64,000 nucleotides of DNA from assembly GCA_965235115.1 (NCBI GenBank), contig OZ249451.1, positions 4,464,001 to 4,528,000 of the forward strand, in the 5' to 3' direction. Of this stretch, positions 40,201 through 51,300 are shown piece after piece; the first letter of the stretch is position 1, and each line of letters starts with the position of its first letter. A model generated the notes under the pieces. It was given only the letters and a program-made list of their open reading frames with translations. It did not search any database and had not been told where the DNA came from. Origin of the DNA: Laetmonice hystrix. Lineage: Eukaryota. Both the position numbers and the translations under genes were made by a program.

Positions 40201-40769
40201 TGGATGTTGTAATGTTTTCATGTGTCTTCACTCAGACAGGATATGGATGTTGTCATGTTTTCATGTGTCGTCACTGGGACAGGATATGGATGTTGTAATG
40301 TTTTCATGTGTCGTCACTGGGACAGGATATGGATGTTGTAATGTTTTCATGTTTTCGGACAGGATATGGATGGTGGCCCCATGAAGCACTGGAACACTCA
40401 GCCGGCGCCAATCGTGGCCATCAACTACTGGCACCTTGAGGTGAGTAGCATGTCTCTCTCTCTGACCGGTTCAAGGGTGACGATACAATCAAACTTGAAG
40501 GAAATTCGTAAGGCAAAAATTGATCAGATTTCAGAAATATTAAGATTTGATAGTGAAGGAAACAATGTTTTGAATTGCTGTGTCAAGCAGGTCCTCTGGT
40601 CGTGACAAATAAGAGAAGTGATAAGGTTGGTGTTGATTTTCAGCCTTCAGCGACCATGAAGGATGTTATCCTGGCTATCCGGGCAGACGAGGCCCATCAC
40701 CGCGTGGTTAACCATACGCTTGGATCCATGAAACCGAATGACTATAATCCTTACAAACCAGGACAGTGA
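34226..40769 (+). CDS. AOX: Mitochondrial alternative oxidase (ubiquinol oxidase, di-iron), 354 aa
   Basis: Exons 34226-34360, 35424-35560, 35765-35872, 36007-36070, 36333-36424, 36637-36755, 37195-37287, 37526-37638, 40363-40440, 40644-40769; all GT-AG and in phase. Arg-rich targeting peptide, then [44 protein letters not shown] and IRADEAHHR (all iron ligands), ending in the animal-type C-terminus NPYKPGQ*. Start could be 34244. Confidence 0.97.
36774..37112. repeat. 52-bp minisatellite in AOX intron 6, about 6.5 copies
   Basis: Unit GGGTCAGTACATACTGCAATGTTGGTTCCATCTGTCCCTGCCACTGGGCTAT. Confidence 0.95.
37777..40372 (+). repeat. 43-bp minisatellite in AOX intron 8, about 60 copies, each containing the exon-9 acceptor junction
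   Basis: Unit GGACAG|GATATGGATGTTGTAATGTTTTCATGTGTCTTCACTG. The last copy's ACAG|GATATGGATG (40362/40363) is the true start of exon 9. Confidence 0.95.
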
Positions 40770-42051
40770 CTACTTGAAGGATGGTAATTACAGACACTCC
40801 GTCCTTTGGTTGGAGGCTCTGCAAGTTTCTCAAGATACCATGGTTTTCAGTATGCAGGGAGCATGACAATGCGAGAGGACAGTTTTTATTAGAGCCGTCA
40901 GTGACCTCATCGGCATCGACGGAAGTTTGAACTAAGAAGATGTTTGTTTTTGTATTCGGAAACCTGAAGAAATCATCGAGATGTTTGACTGTGGTTGTTT
41001 GTCAGTAATGGTAGAGATCTCATAAGCATTATGAAGCATTTTTAAATGTTTACAAAGATATAAGAATAGCTGTATGTACACATGGTTTGAAGAATACTTT
41101 TTGTGCTGTGATAGGAGATGAGCAGTAGCTTTAAGTCTGCAATTTGTGAGATTATAAATAAGATAAATAAGATTATAAATTAGGCATATGTACCATTGTA
41201 TCAATATGCTATTAGGGATTCTAGTAATGAAGTGTCTTGTACCTTGGAATGGATCAACACCAGGACGGTTTAAAGATCCGGTGGTTGCAAAGCTAATTGG
41301 GGTTGTGGGGTGGGGTGGGTGTTTCTAACTGGGGGGGGGGGGGGGGGGTGAGTAGGATTGCAGAAAAGGGAAGTTTAGTTAAATTTTACTAAAAGGAGCA
41401 TTGATCATAAATTGACAAGCATATGGGATAATTATATCTAGTCCTTGGATTGTTATAGAAAAAACCTTATATCAATGAGAAAGCCTACAAGTCCGTTAAC
41501 CATATTTATACCTTGCTTACACCCATAACATGCATACGTCAACATGTAAGCATGGAAGATATTTGCTTGGTGCTTTATCTTTTTACAGTTTTGTTGAAAT
41601 CATTTCGGCCTATCTGCCATGGCCGAGATAGCACGGGTATATTTATAGACATCAATATGATTGGAACATTGTGACAGCAAAGTCAGGGCTTGGGACCAGT
41701 ATACGTTGATCATTGCCACGGGAGATGATGTACATTTGGGAAGGGACACACAGGTAACAAAATGTTAAAACCTCATGAAGGAGTCTTTGCAGCTGTTAAA
41801 CCTATTTGTTAATTTTTGTGCCTTTGTTGTGAAGATGGAACTCAATGATGTAGGCCGCTATCGAATAAACTATTTTCATAAACTGTTTATTTGTCTATTT
41901 GTTTATCTCAAAAGCAATGACCGCTCCTTGAAGTCCAGAAACCACTTTTTTCACCTCTTCGCCTTTTTTCTTACATTTTTCTTACTTTGGCATCAGGTGG
42001 ATACCCTTTTTTGATACCTTTCCCTCAAGTTAGCAGTTAGCTCATTTCGCC

Positions 42052-42263
42052 ACGCCCCCTAGCGGGAGAACAGTGAATCAGTGTATAGAGGTTATGCAGT
42101 GACGTCATTTGGAGGGAAACAGCATGTTTACGTCCATGGGCATTGGCGGACTGGTCACGGTTCATTGGACTCTGTTGTCCCTGGCCTATTTATAAATTGT
42201 TGTCCCTCCAACTGACATCACCTGCATAACTGATGGGTGACTGACTGTGCTGCCATCTGGCGG
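42052..42263. promoter_or_regulatory. VPS16 promoter region: two CTCF-like sites and a CRE
   Basis: Minus-strand CCGCTAGGGGGCGT (42052-42065) and CCGCCAGATGGCAGC (42249-42263); TGACGTCA at 42100-42107; all within 280 bp of the ATG. Confidence 0.5.
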
Positions 42264-42330
42264 TTTATGCTAAAGTCACCTACGGTGTCTCCACCTAGCG
42301 TGAAATGTGTGCATCTCCCATCTCATGATC

Positions 42331-45300
42331 ATGGCGTTGACGGGCGATTGGAACCCACTCGGCGATGTATTTTATCGGTGAGTTTCAATCTGACCACCCT
42401 ATAGGTCATTTAGGCTTGTTTATGTGCTAAATTAGATCCATAGTAACTCAATTAATTCTTAAATAGCGACTAATCTGAACACAATAAACCTACATTTGTT
42501 GAACCCCGCCCCCGTCACCGCCCCATGATCATGATGGGCCCATCTAATAAAATATTCCTTTATTATCGCCCAATGTATCACCCTCGTAGTGTCTAGAGAT
42601 GTCCCTTGTTAGTACTAGTGTGACTGTCAGATAAAGACTGTTTAGCATGGACTTATCGGGGAAGAACATCTGTCCGCCGGTCTGCCCGGGAACAGGGCTG
42701 TGACCGGCCGGCTGGGACTGACTGCAGTGTGTATCTCAGGTCTCGGGTTGTGGCCTCTGCTGGCGTCTGTCTGCTACGTTTAGAGTCTAATGTTAGTGCT
42801 AATGTTAGAAAAAAATATTCACATAGGCATAGATCTCTCACTGTCAGCCTTCCACTCCCAGCGAGAGATGCACATTACTCCTGCTTAAAAAAAATGAAAT
42901 TCAGTTTACCACTAACTACAGAGCTCCTACTTTATAACTTTATTCCCATCTGGCCTTTCCTAGGCCCTAGCCTAGCCTAGCCGAATCCCGATTCAAAGTA
43001 GGTCTACCTGAGCCCCAATAGATCCCCAAAACACCCCTCGATTGGCCTGTATCACCTCTGCTATTGTCATATGTTTTGTGCTCATGTATTTTGCCTGGTT
43101 AGTCAATGAGATTTCCATGTATTTTGCCTGGTTAGTCCGATAAGATTTCCATGTATTTTGCCTGGTTAGTCCATGCAATTTCCATTTTGCCTGGTTAGTC
43201 CATAAGATTTCCATGTATTTTGCCAGTTAGTCTGATAAGATTTCCATGTATTTTGCCTGGTTAGTCCATAAGATTTCCATGTATTTTGCCTGTCTATGAG
43301 ATTTACATGTATTTGCCTGGTGAGCCTATGAGATTTCCATGTATTTTGCCTGGTTAGTCTATGAGATTTCCATGTATTTTGCCAGTTAGTCTGATAAGAT
43401 TTCCATGTATTTTGCCTGGTTAGTCCATAAGATTTCCATGTATTTTGCCTGTCTATGAGATTTCCATGTATTTGCCTGGTGAGTCTATGAGATTTCCATG
43501 TATTTTGCCTGGTGAGTCTATGAGATTTCAATGTATTTTGCCCAGTTAGTCTGAGATTTACCTATATTTGTAGGAAGCAGGAGCTGTACAATATGGCCTG
43601 GGCCGATCAGGTGGACCTGTCCAGGTTCATCGTAGCTGTGGCTCCGTATGGTGGACCGATAGGTATGCCAGAGATACTCTCCAAATTTCGACAACCCCAT
43701 GAAATTTGACATAAATATAAATAATAGCATTTTTATAACATCATAAAATATGTTCAGAGTAACAGATAAAGTTCTTGAATTGACAGATGTAGATGATGTC
43801 AGAAAACACTCCTACCTAACTCTACTTTTTTAAACTTAAACATTACCATCTTTGTAGCTTTGATACGTGATGAGAGCCAAACACAGCGTACAGGTGGGAC
43901 TGGAACAAAGCCAATTATATACCTGTTCTCTTCAGCTGGACGAGAACTGGCCACTATACGGGTAAGTGGACACCAAATGTTTACTGCTCTCAGGAGCTTT
44001 AAGATTGATTTGAACCTTACTCTACGCAGGTTTCAAGCTCTATTCATTGTTGGTGTGAGATCATTTTGAAGGCCAAAATACTTTTAAATTATAACTGTGT
44101 CTTGATTTTGGAAAATTTGATTATTGCAGTGGAACAGTGGGCATGTACTGCAGCTCGGCTGGTCGTGTACAGAAGATCTTCTCTGTGTGCAGGATGATGG
44201 AATTGTTCTGGTCTATGACATCTTTGGTACCTTCAAACGCACATTTGGCATGGGTCAGGTATGCAGTAACCTTTACCTTAACAATGTTTTTGTTTAAATA
44301 TTTTGTTCCAGTAAAAGAGACAATGCTGGCAATGACAAAATACAGTCTTCCAGAATGTTATTCACCACGTGTTCAGAAAGCTCCAGTAATTTCAAATACA
44401 GTTTTTATCCATGAATACTTTACAAACTGTTGTCCCAGCTCTCATAATCTTTTGTGAGCTTCTTTGTGATAAATTGGGAAAATAATTAACAGGAGGCCAA
44501 GGATACAAAGGTTATTGATGTGAAGATCTTCAACAGTTACAATGGCACTGGCATTGCCATCCTCACCAGTACTTACCGAATATTTGTGGTGAATAATGTG
44601 GATGACCCCCGTATACGAAGACTGGCAGAAGTTCCAGGTAACTAGCAAAATTAAATGGAATAAAACAGAATAATTATAACATTACAAGAATATGTAAAAT
44701 ATGCATGTTGGACAGATTGTGAGTGTGTTTTTAGTTGTGCGGTATTTGAAGGGCGATGGTTGTTAAATTGCCTCACACAGGTAGCTTTTGTCTGCTATGA
44801 TGTAATCACTTCCTTGTGCTCAGATGAAAGCACATAAACCAATAGTCCATTTTCTGTATTTTGATGTCTATAGATGTTTACGATTCATTGAACTACAGTG
44901 CTTTAGAAACGTTACAGATTTTTCATGAATAAATCATTTCCGAATATTGATAAGGAATATAAGTTAAAGAAAGTTGTATAGTAGAAAGACATGCAAGCCG
45001 GTTTATAGCTAGTTACAAAATATTTGGTTAATTCAAGGTCTCCAGGCACCCCCGAGCAGCTGGGCTATATTAAACCAAGACCGACAGTCCCGTGCCCTCG
45101 TAGCGAAAGATTGTGACTTGTATCTTGTGGATCATGGTGGCCAGTACCAACAACAGGTAAGTGAGAGATTTATAATTTTATCTCCAATCCACATCTCATG
45201 GTCATCATAAAAAGTGTTGTTTATCAGAACTGTCTTGTTTCTTGGAACAGTGGTTTATTTATTTACTTACAGAAGCCCCCACTAACTGGAGCAGTCTTTG

Positions 45301-48300
45301 CGTTCATTGAGATGGCAGTATCCTTCAACAACAAATATCTGGCGTTGTTTGCTGATACAGGCCTCCTCTGGATTGGCTCGTCAGACCTACAGGTAATTCA
45401 TTGCAAAAATTTTGTTTTCAAAACGTCACGTGTTGCAAAGCTGCCATTCACATGACTGAACACCAAAAACATGAAACAGAACAGATGCTTTAAGAAAAAA
45501 TGATTGAAAGTAAGTCGTGAAAAGGAGATTTGGAACTTTCATTTCAGAAAGTTTACTGTGAGTTTGATACAAAAAGTCCAACAAGACCACAGCAACTTGC
45601 ATGGTATGTATCAGGAGGCATAATGAAACATTATTTATTAAAAGTTAAGAAATTAATGCACATGGTTAAGAGTGTGGAGTGATTTCATCATGAAATTTAT
45701 AGACAAGTGTGTTGTTTTCTGTATTTGAGCAAGATGTACTGTAAAATCGAAGACTGACTTTACTTTTTGAAAGAAGGCTTCAGAAAGCATACTGTGAATG
45801 TGAAGGTAAGGGCCAATGATGTTAAACTTGATTTAAATATATACTTTTTAAAAAATATGTTGCGAGGTGTTGATTCCAACATGTGAACGTTATTGTGACT
45901 GTCAATCAGGTGTGGGACCGGTGCCATCGTTGCCCACTGGGACAACCTTCTCCTCATGGTCGGCCCACAGAAAGACTGGGTCAAGTATCCTTTTAAAAAG
46001 CTGGCGAAAAAGAAGCCATCAACAAGGTTGTTTAAATCTGTATGGTGATTTCTGATGTGGTTGATCCCAACACTAGGCTCTGCGGGGTTTGGTTGACTGT
46101 GCACCAGTTAGTTTTGATCCAAACACCAGGCTCTGCGGGGTTTGGTTGACTGTGCACAATGTAGTTAGTTTTGATCCAAACACTAGGATCTGTCGGGTTG
46201 GGTTGATCGTGTTCAATCGGCACATACCCAACCCCCAAACTTCCCTCCTTGTTTCCACTGCTGTACATCTCATGTGTCCAACAAAAGTCTTGATGTACAC
46301 GTGAACAAGAAACCAGCCATAAGGATTGACTCACAGCAATATTTAATGTAAACTCCTCAGAGTCAAGTTACATTACAATAACAAAATGTGTCCGACTGTC
46401 CGAGCCAGAAGATGGATATTATTAAGCAATGTACACCTTGACTACAGCCCAGATACACCTACGATGTTTCCATCAAACTGGTACAGGAGGTGGATGGACT
46501 ACGTATCATTGGTAACTACACCCATGAATTCCTGCAGCGGGTTCCTGGCGTAGTGGAGGATATATTCAGGATTGGTTCTATGGCACCTGGAGCAATGTTA
46601 TATGAGGCTTCGAAACAATTCCAGGTGGGTGCTGATGTTACCTGTGTGGGTAGCTAGGTGTATTGTAGGAGGTTGGGTCACATTTCTCTAGATCATACTT
46701 GTACCTCCAGGAAGAATTCAATAAAACTTTGGATATTAAATAAAATGATCTGATACACCAAGTCAATGTTCCTCATGATTGTCTTGCAGTACAGGCATCA
46801 CTGCCATATTTCCACGACATGTTTGAGTTTAATCTGTGATGGAATCCATATTTCAAATGAGTGCTGGACTCCAAGCTATTTATTAGCTAATCTCTGTCCT
46901 GTGTGTCACAGAAAGGGAGCCAGCGGGCGGACGAGTACATCCGAATGATCAAGGATAACCTGGAGGTTGCCGTGGAGCAGTGTATCGAAGCTGCTGGACA
47001 CGAGTTTGAACCAAGCACACAGAAGTCGCTCCTCAGGGTGAGTACAAACAATATTTATACACATTTTTGGTATTATTGCTCAGACATGATGGATTCCTCA
47101 GGGTGAGTACAAACAATATTTATACACATTTGTGGTGTTATTGCTCAGACATGATGGATTCCATAATGTAGACCAAAGTTTTGGTGGTGGAGGTCATGAG
47201 GTGTGCTGAGGTCAATATCCAGGACATCTGTGATAAATTATTGTCAGACCTCGTTAATCTCAACACACTTTCTGGTAATCTCTTCTACCATTTTCTATTT
47301 TAAATGATTCAGTATGTTTCACAAACCGAACACATTGGCAGACCTGCCAACTGTCCTGATTTAAGCTTCCAGATTGCAAAAAATCGTGATGTTCTGATTT
47401 TTCAAAAAGAAAAATGAGAAATTTGTTAACTATAATGATAAATTTCACAATCGACAGCTAATAAGGTCAACTTTTAAGGCTCAAAACTGGACCCTGGGGA
47501 GGGGGGGGGGGGGTCTAGGCAGCCCCCTTGACCTCCAGTTAGTAAAGTTTTCCTATGTCTGAATTGGCACCAAGCTGTTGCGGTGAACGAGGTCTGACTG
47601 TACTGACAATATAAAAAAAAATTAGTTGCTTACCTACATTTACAAGGCTGTTGGATCCAGTCTGGCCTGAATTAATACTAGTCTCAGGTGTTGGACGAGT
47701 AGATTACAACAGCTGATGGATTTTTCAATGAAAAAAAGGGAAAAGGTGAAAAGAAAGGCCCAGTGGTGCCCCAGAATTTCAACTTGCATATTGCGTGGCA
47801 TAAAATGTTTTTGTAAAAGTATGAGTGTTTTTCAAAGCATGGTAAGAAATGTGAAAAATTCCAAAAAGATGCCGCAGGACTCTACATCCTGAAATGATGG
47901 GAACGCTACTGTGGTATGGAATGTCATACTAAAACTTGGGCCTAGGGTTAGAACATTTCAACATGACATGGGTGAGGTCGCTTCAGATTCAGGGTTATAT
48001 AAAGTATAAGGCTTATATTTCCCAAACAGTCATGATCCTGTACACAGCTGTTCAATCTTTTCTCTAAAAGCTGTCATACAAAGCCTGAGGTGCTAAGTTT
48101 TTATTAAAGTTAAGTCATTGTGTTTGTGTTGGTTGGTTTGTTAAGTGTCAGACTGTTGGCAAACGTAGTTTTCTCTGCCTGTGGCAAACATGAGCGACTC
48201 AATACAGCTAGTACTCCACAGCAACGACTCAGAACAGAGCAAGTCTTCCTGAGTGTCAGGTAGCCAATCAGGAGGCAGCTACTAAACAACTCTTGGTTTG

Positions 48301-51300
48301 ACGTTTGATTGACAGGTGTGTGCGCCTAGTCATGGGCCAGTGAACAAGGTGTGAATGTGGTTATGACTTTGAGGCTCCCCCCTCCCCCCCCCCACACCTC
48401 CTGAGCCCACTCAAACACCAACCCAAGGCCACCATGTGGTCCACCGGCCACTTGAAGCTCGCCTGACAAGGAGTTACTCCATCCAGCCCTGTGCCTACCT
48501 GGCTGCCACAGGTTGGGGTGGGGGTTGGTGTAAGGAGTGATCACCAACCCGCCGTATCTAAGGTCTTGATTCAATCCGTACCAGTCTATAGTTATACCGG
48601 GAGGCGACCAGACTGTGGCAGTCCCTGCCCTGTCCTGATCCGACTGTAATATATCATTACCGACTAAGGGATAATATACCGGGCAGGTGTGCCTTGATCT
48701 GTGACTCCACCGGTCAGTCACCGACTGGACATAACTCGCTGGACAGTGGTCAGTCAGTGCATGCTGTACATGACATTTTATTGTATTGTGATTACCTTAT
48801 CAAGGCCAGGGGTTACTGAGTGGAACAGTTGGTTTCCTCAAGGACTCAGGGACAGCAGACGTGGAGTTAGAACGGTGTTTGTGTTGCTGATTGACTTACT
48901 GGAGGAGAATGGCTGGAATCGTGGACCACCTGACTCACCAAGTTACCAACTCCAACGAGTTGGTCCAACTTTTGGACAACCCGATGTTTTCAGAGCTCCA
49001 GGCGACCTTGGCTACAGACGTCAGTCAAACAGCCCTTCCCTACCTCCTCATGCAGTCGGATTCCCCCAGCCCTGTGAAAGTCAAAACAGAATATGATCAT
49101 AAAGAGGCGATTGACCTGATCGTAGAGGACGCCGCCCTGCAGGCCGAGTTCAGGCAATTAGCCCCACTCTGTGACCCTAAGATCACGGAACTGGAGAAAT
49201 TCTACCAAACACAATGTGTGTCCGTGGTAACACAACGCAGCGACGCCATCAGTAAACTCCAGGCGAGTCACCTTCCTCCTGACCAACTCCAGCGTGAAGA
49301 ACAGTGTGTGAATGACTACTACAACCAACAGCAAGGCCATCTCACCATGAGGATCACACAGAGCCTCCAGCTCGTCAAGGCCGCCCTCCCGCCGGACGCA
49401 GTGCCATCTGCCGGGACAAAGAAGAAACAGAAGAGTCGGATGCTGGGGAGCCAGGCAGTGGAGGTGATGAACGATTGGTACCAGAACCACCTCGACAACC
49501 CTTACCCCACGGATGACGAGAAGGCCATGATGGCAGACCTAGGAAACATAACCCTCGCTCAAGTCAAAGCTTGGTTTGCCAACAAACGTAACCGAACACT
49601 CAACACCAGACCCAAGCGGCAAAAACACAACCTTCAGAAACAACTAAACATCATTTGTAATCAGTTGGCCATCGACAGTATGGTAACCGGAAGTGGGGGA
49701 GGCAGGGCGGACTACTCCATGCTGATGGAGGAGATGTCAGACATAGCAACGGTATCTAGTCACATGACAATGGCGTCTCCAACACTGATGGCAGCCAGTG
49801 GTATCGGTTCACCGGGTTCGGATCATCTCGGGTACAACTAGGTCCTGAGAACGGAGCATACAGTGCTGGCGTTAGGGTGTCATTCGATACTTAACTTACA
49901 GTGGTGCTGGGGTGCCAAGTCTTGAGAAACTGAACTTACAGTGGTGCTGGGGTACCAAGTCATCAGATACTGAACTTACAGTGGTGCTGGGGTGCCAAGT
50001 CTTGAGAAACTGAACTTACAGTGGTGCTGGGGTGCCAAGTCTTGAGAAACTGAACTTACAGTGGTGCTGGGGTGCCAAGTCTGGAGAAACTGAACTTACA
50101 GTGGTGCTGGGGTGCCAAGTCTTGAGAAACTGAACTTACAGTGGTGCTGGGGTGCCAAGTCTTGAGAAACTGAACTTACAGTGGTGCTGGGGTGCCAAGT
50201 CTTAAGAAACTGAACTTACAGTGGTGCTGGGGTGCCAAGTCTTGAGAAACTGAACTTACAGTGGTGCTGCAGTGCCAAGTCATCAGATACTGAACTTACA
50301 GTGGTGCTGGGGTACCAAGGCTTGAGAAACTGAACTTACAGTGGTGCTGGGGTGCCAAGTCTTGAGAAACTGAACTTACAGTGGTGCTGGGGTGCCAAGT
50401 CTTGAGAAGCTGAACTTACAGTGGTGCTGGGGTACCAAGGCTTGAGAAACTGAACTTACAGTGGTGCTGGGGTGCCAAGTCTTGAGAAACTGAACTTACA
50501 GTGGTGCTGGGGTGCCAAGTCTTGAGAAGCTGAACTTACAGTGGTGCTGGGGTGCCAAGGCTTGAGAAACTAAACTTACAGTGGTGCTGGGGTACCAAGG
50601 CTTGAGAAACTGAACTTACAGTGGTGCTGGGGTGCCAAGTCTTGAGAAACTGAACTTATAGATGTTTGGGTGCCAGGTCATCAGATACGGAACTTACAGC
50701 GATTCTGATGTGCCAAGTCATGAGAAGGTGAACTTACAGTGGTGTGGGGTTGCCAAGTCATCACATACGGAACTTACAGTGGTGTGGGGGTGCCAAATCA
50801 TAAGAAGCTAAACTTACAGTGGTGCTGGGGTGCCAAGTCATAAGAAGGTGAACTTGCGATGGTGCGGGAGTGCCAAGTCATGAGAAACTAAAAGTGCTGG
50901 TCCTGCATGGGCACACAAATACGGGGTGCTTAATATTTTTGTGAATTTATGTGTGTTTGATTGTGTAAGATATTCAGTGTGTGTTATGAGTGATGAACAG
51001 TTGAGATGACTTTAATCTCTGCCATGCCATGACTTCAAGGGGAGAGATCAGCAAGGAGTGAAAAATGTGATATTCTTTTATTAAATTGTGAGCTCTTTGA
51101 ATATCTATTTTATAAATACGTGTTAAATAATTCCAATGAAGCAAGCAGTGTTTTCATACTCATGGAATATCTTTCCACAAGTACTGCGTCTTAGCCACAG
51201 AGATGGTATCCTATCGTTTCTGCAGTCAATAGTAAATGTATATCTGGACAAAAACATTGCTTTTCATGGCATTGACATTTCAAGTACACTTTTACATACA

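Noticed and set aside
37777-40372. CRISPR-like appearance of the long regular arrays
   Set aside because: Units are contiguous with no unique spacers, the DNA is intron-containing animal sequence, and there are no cas genes.
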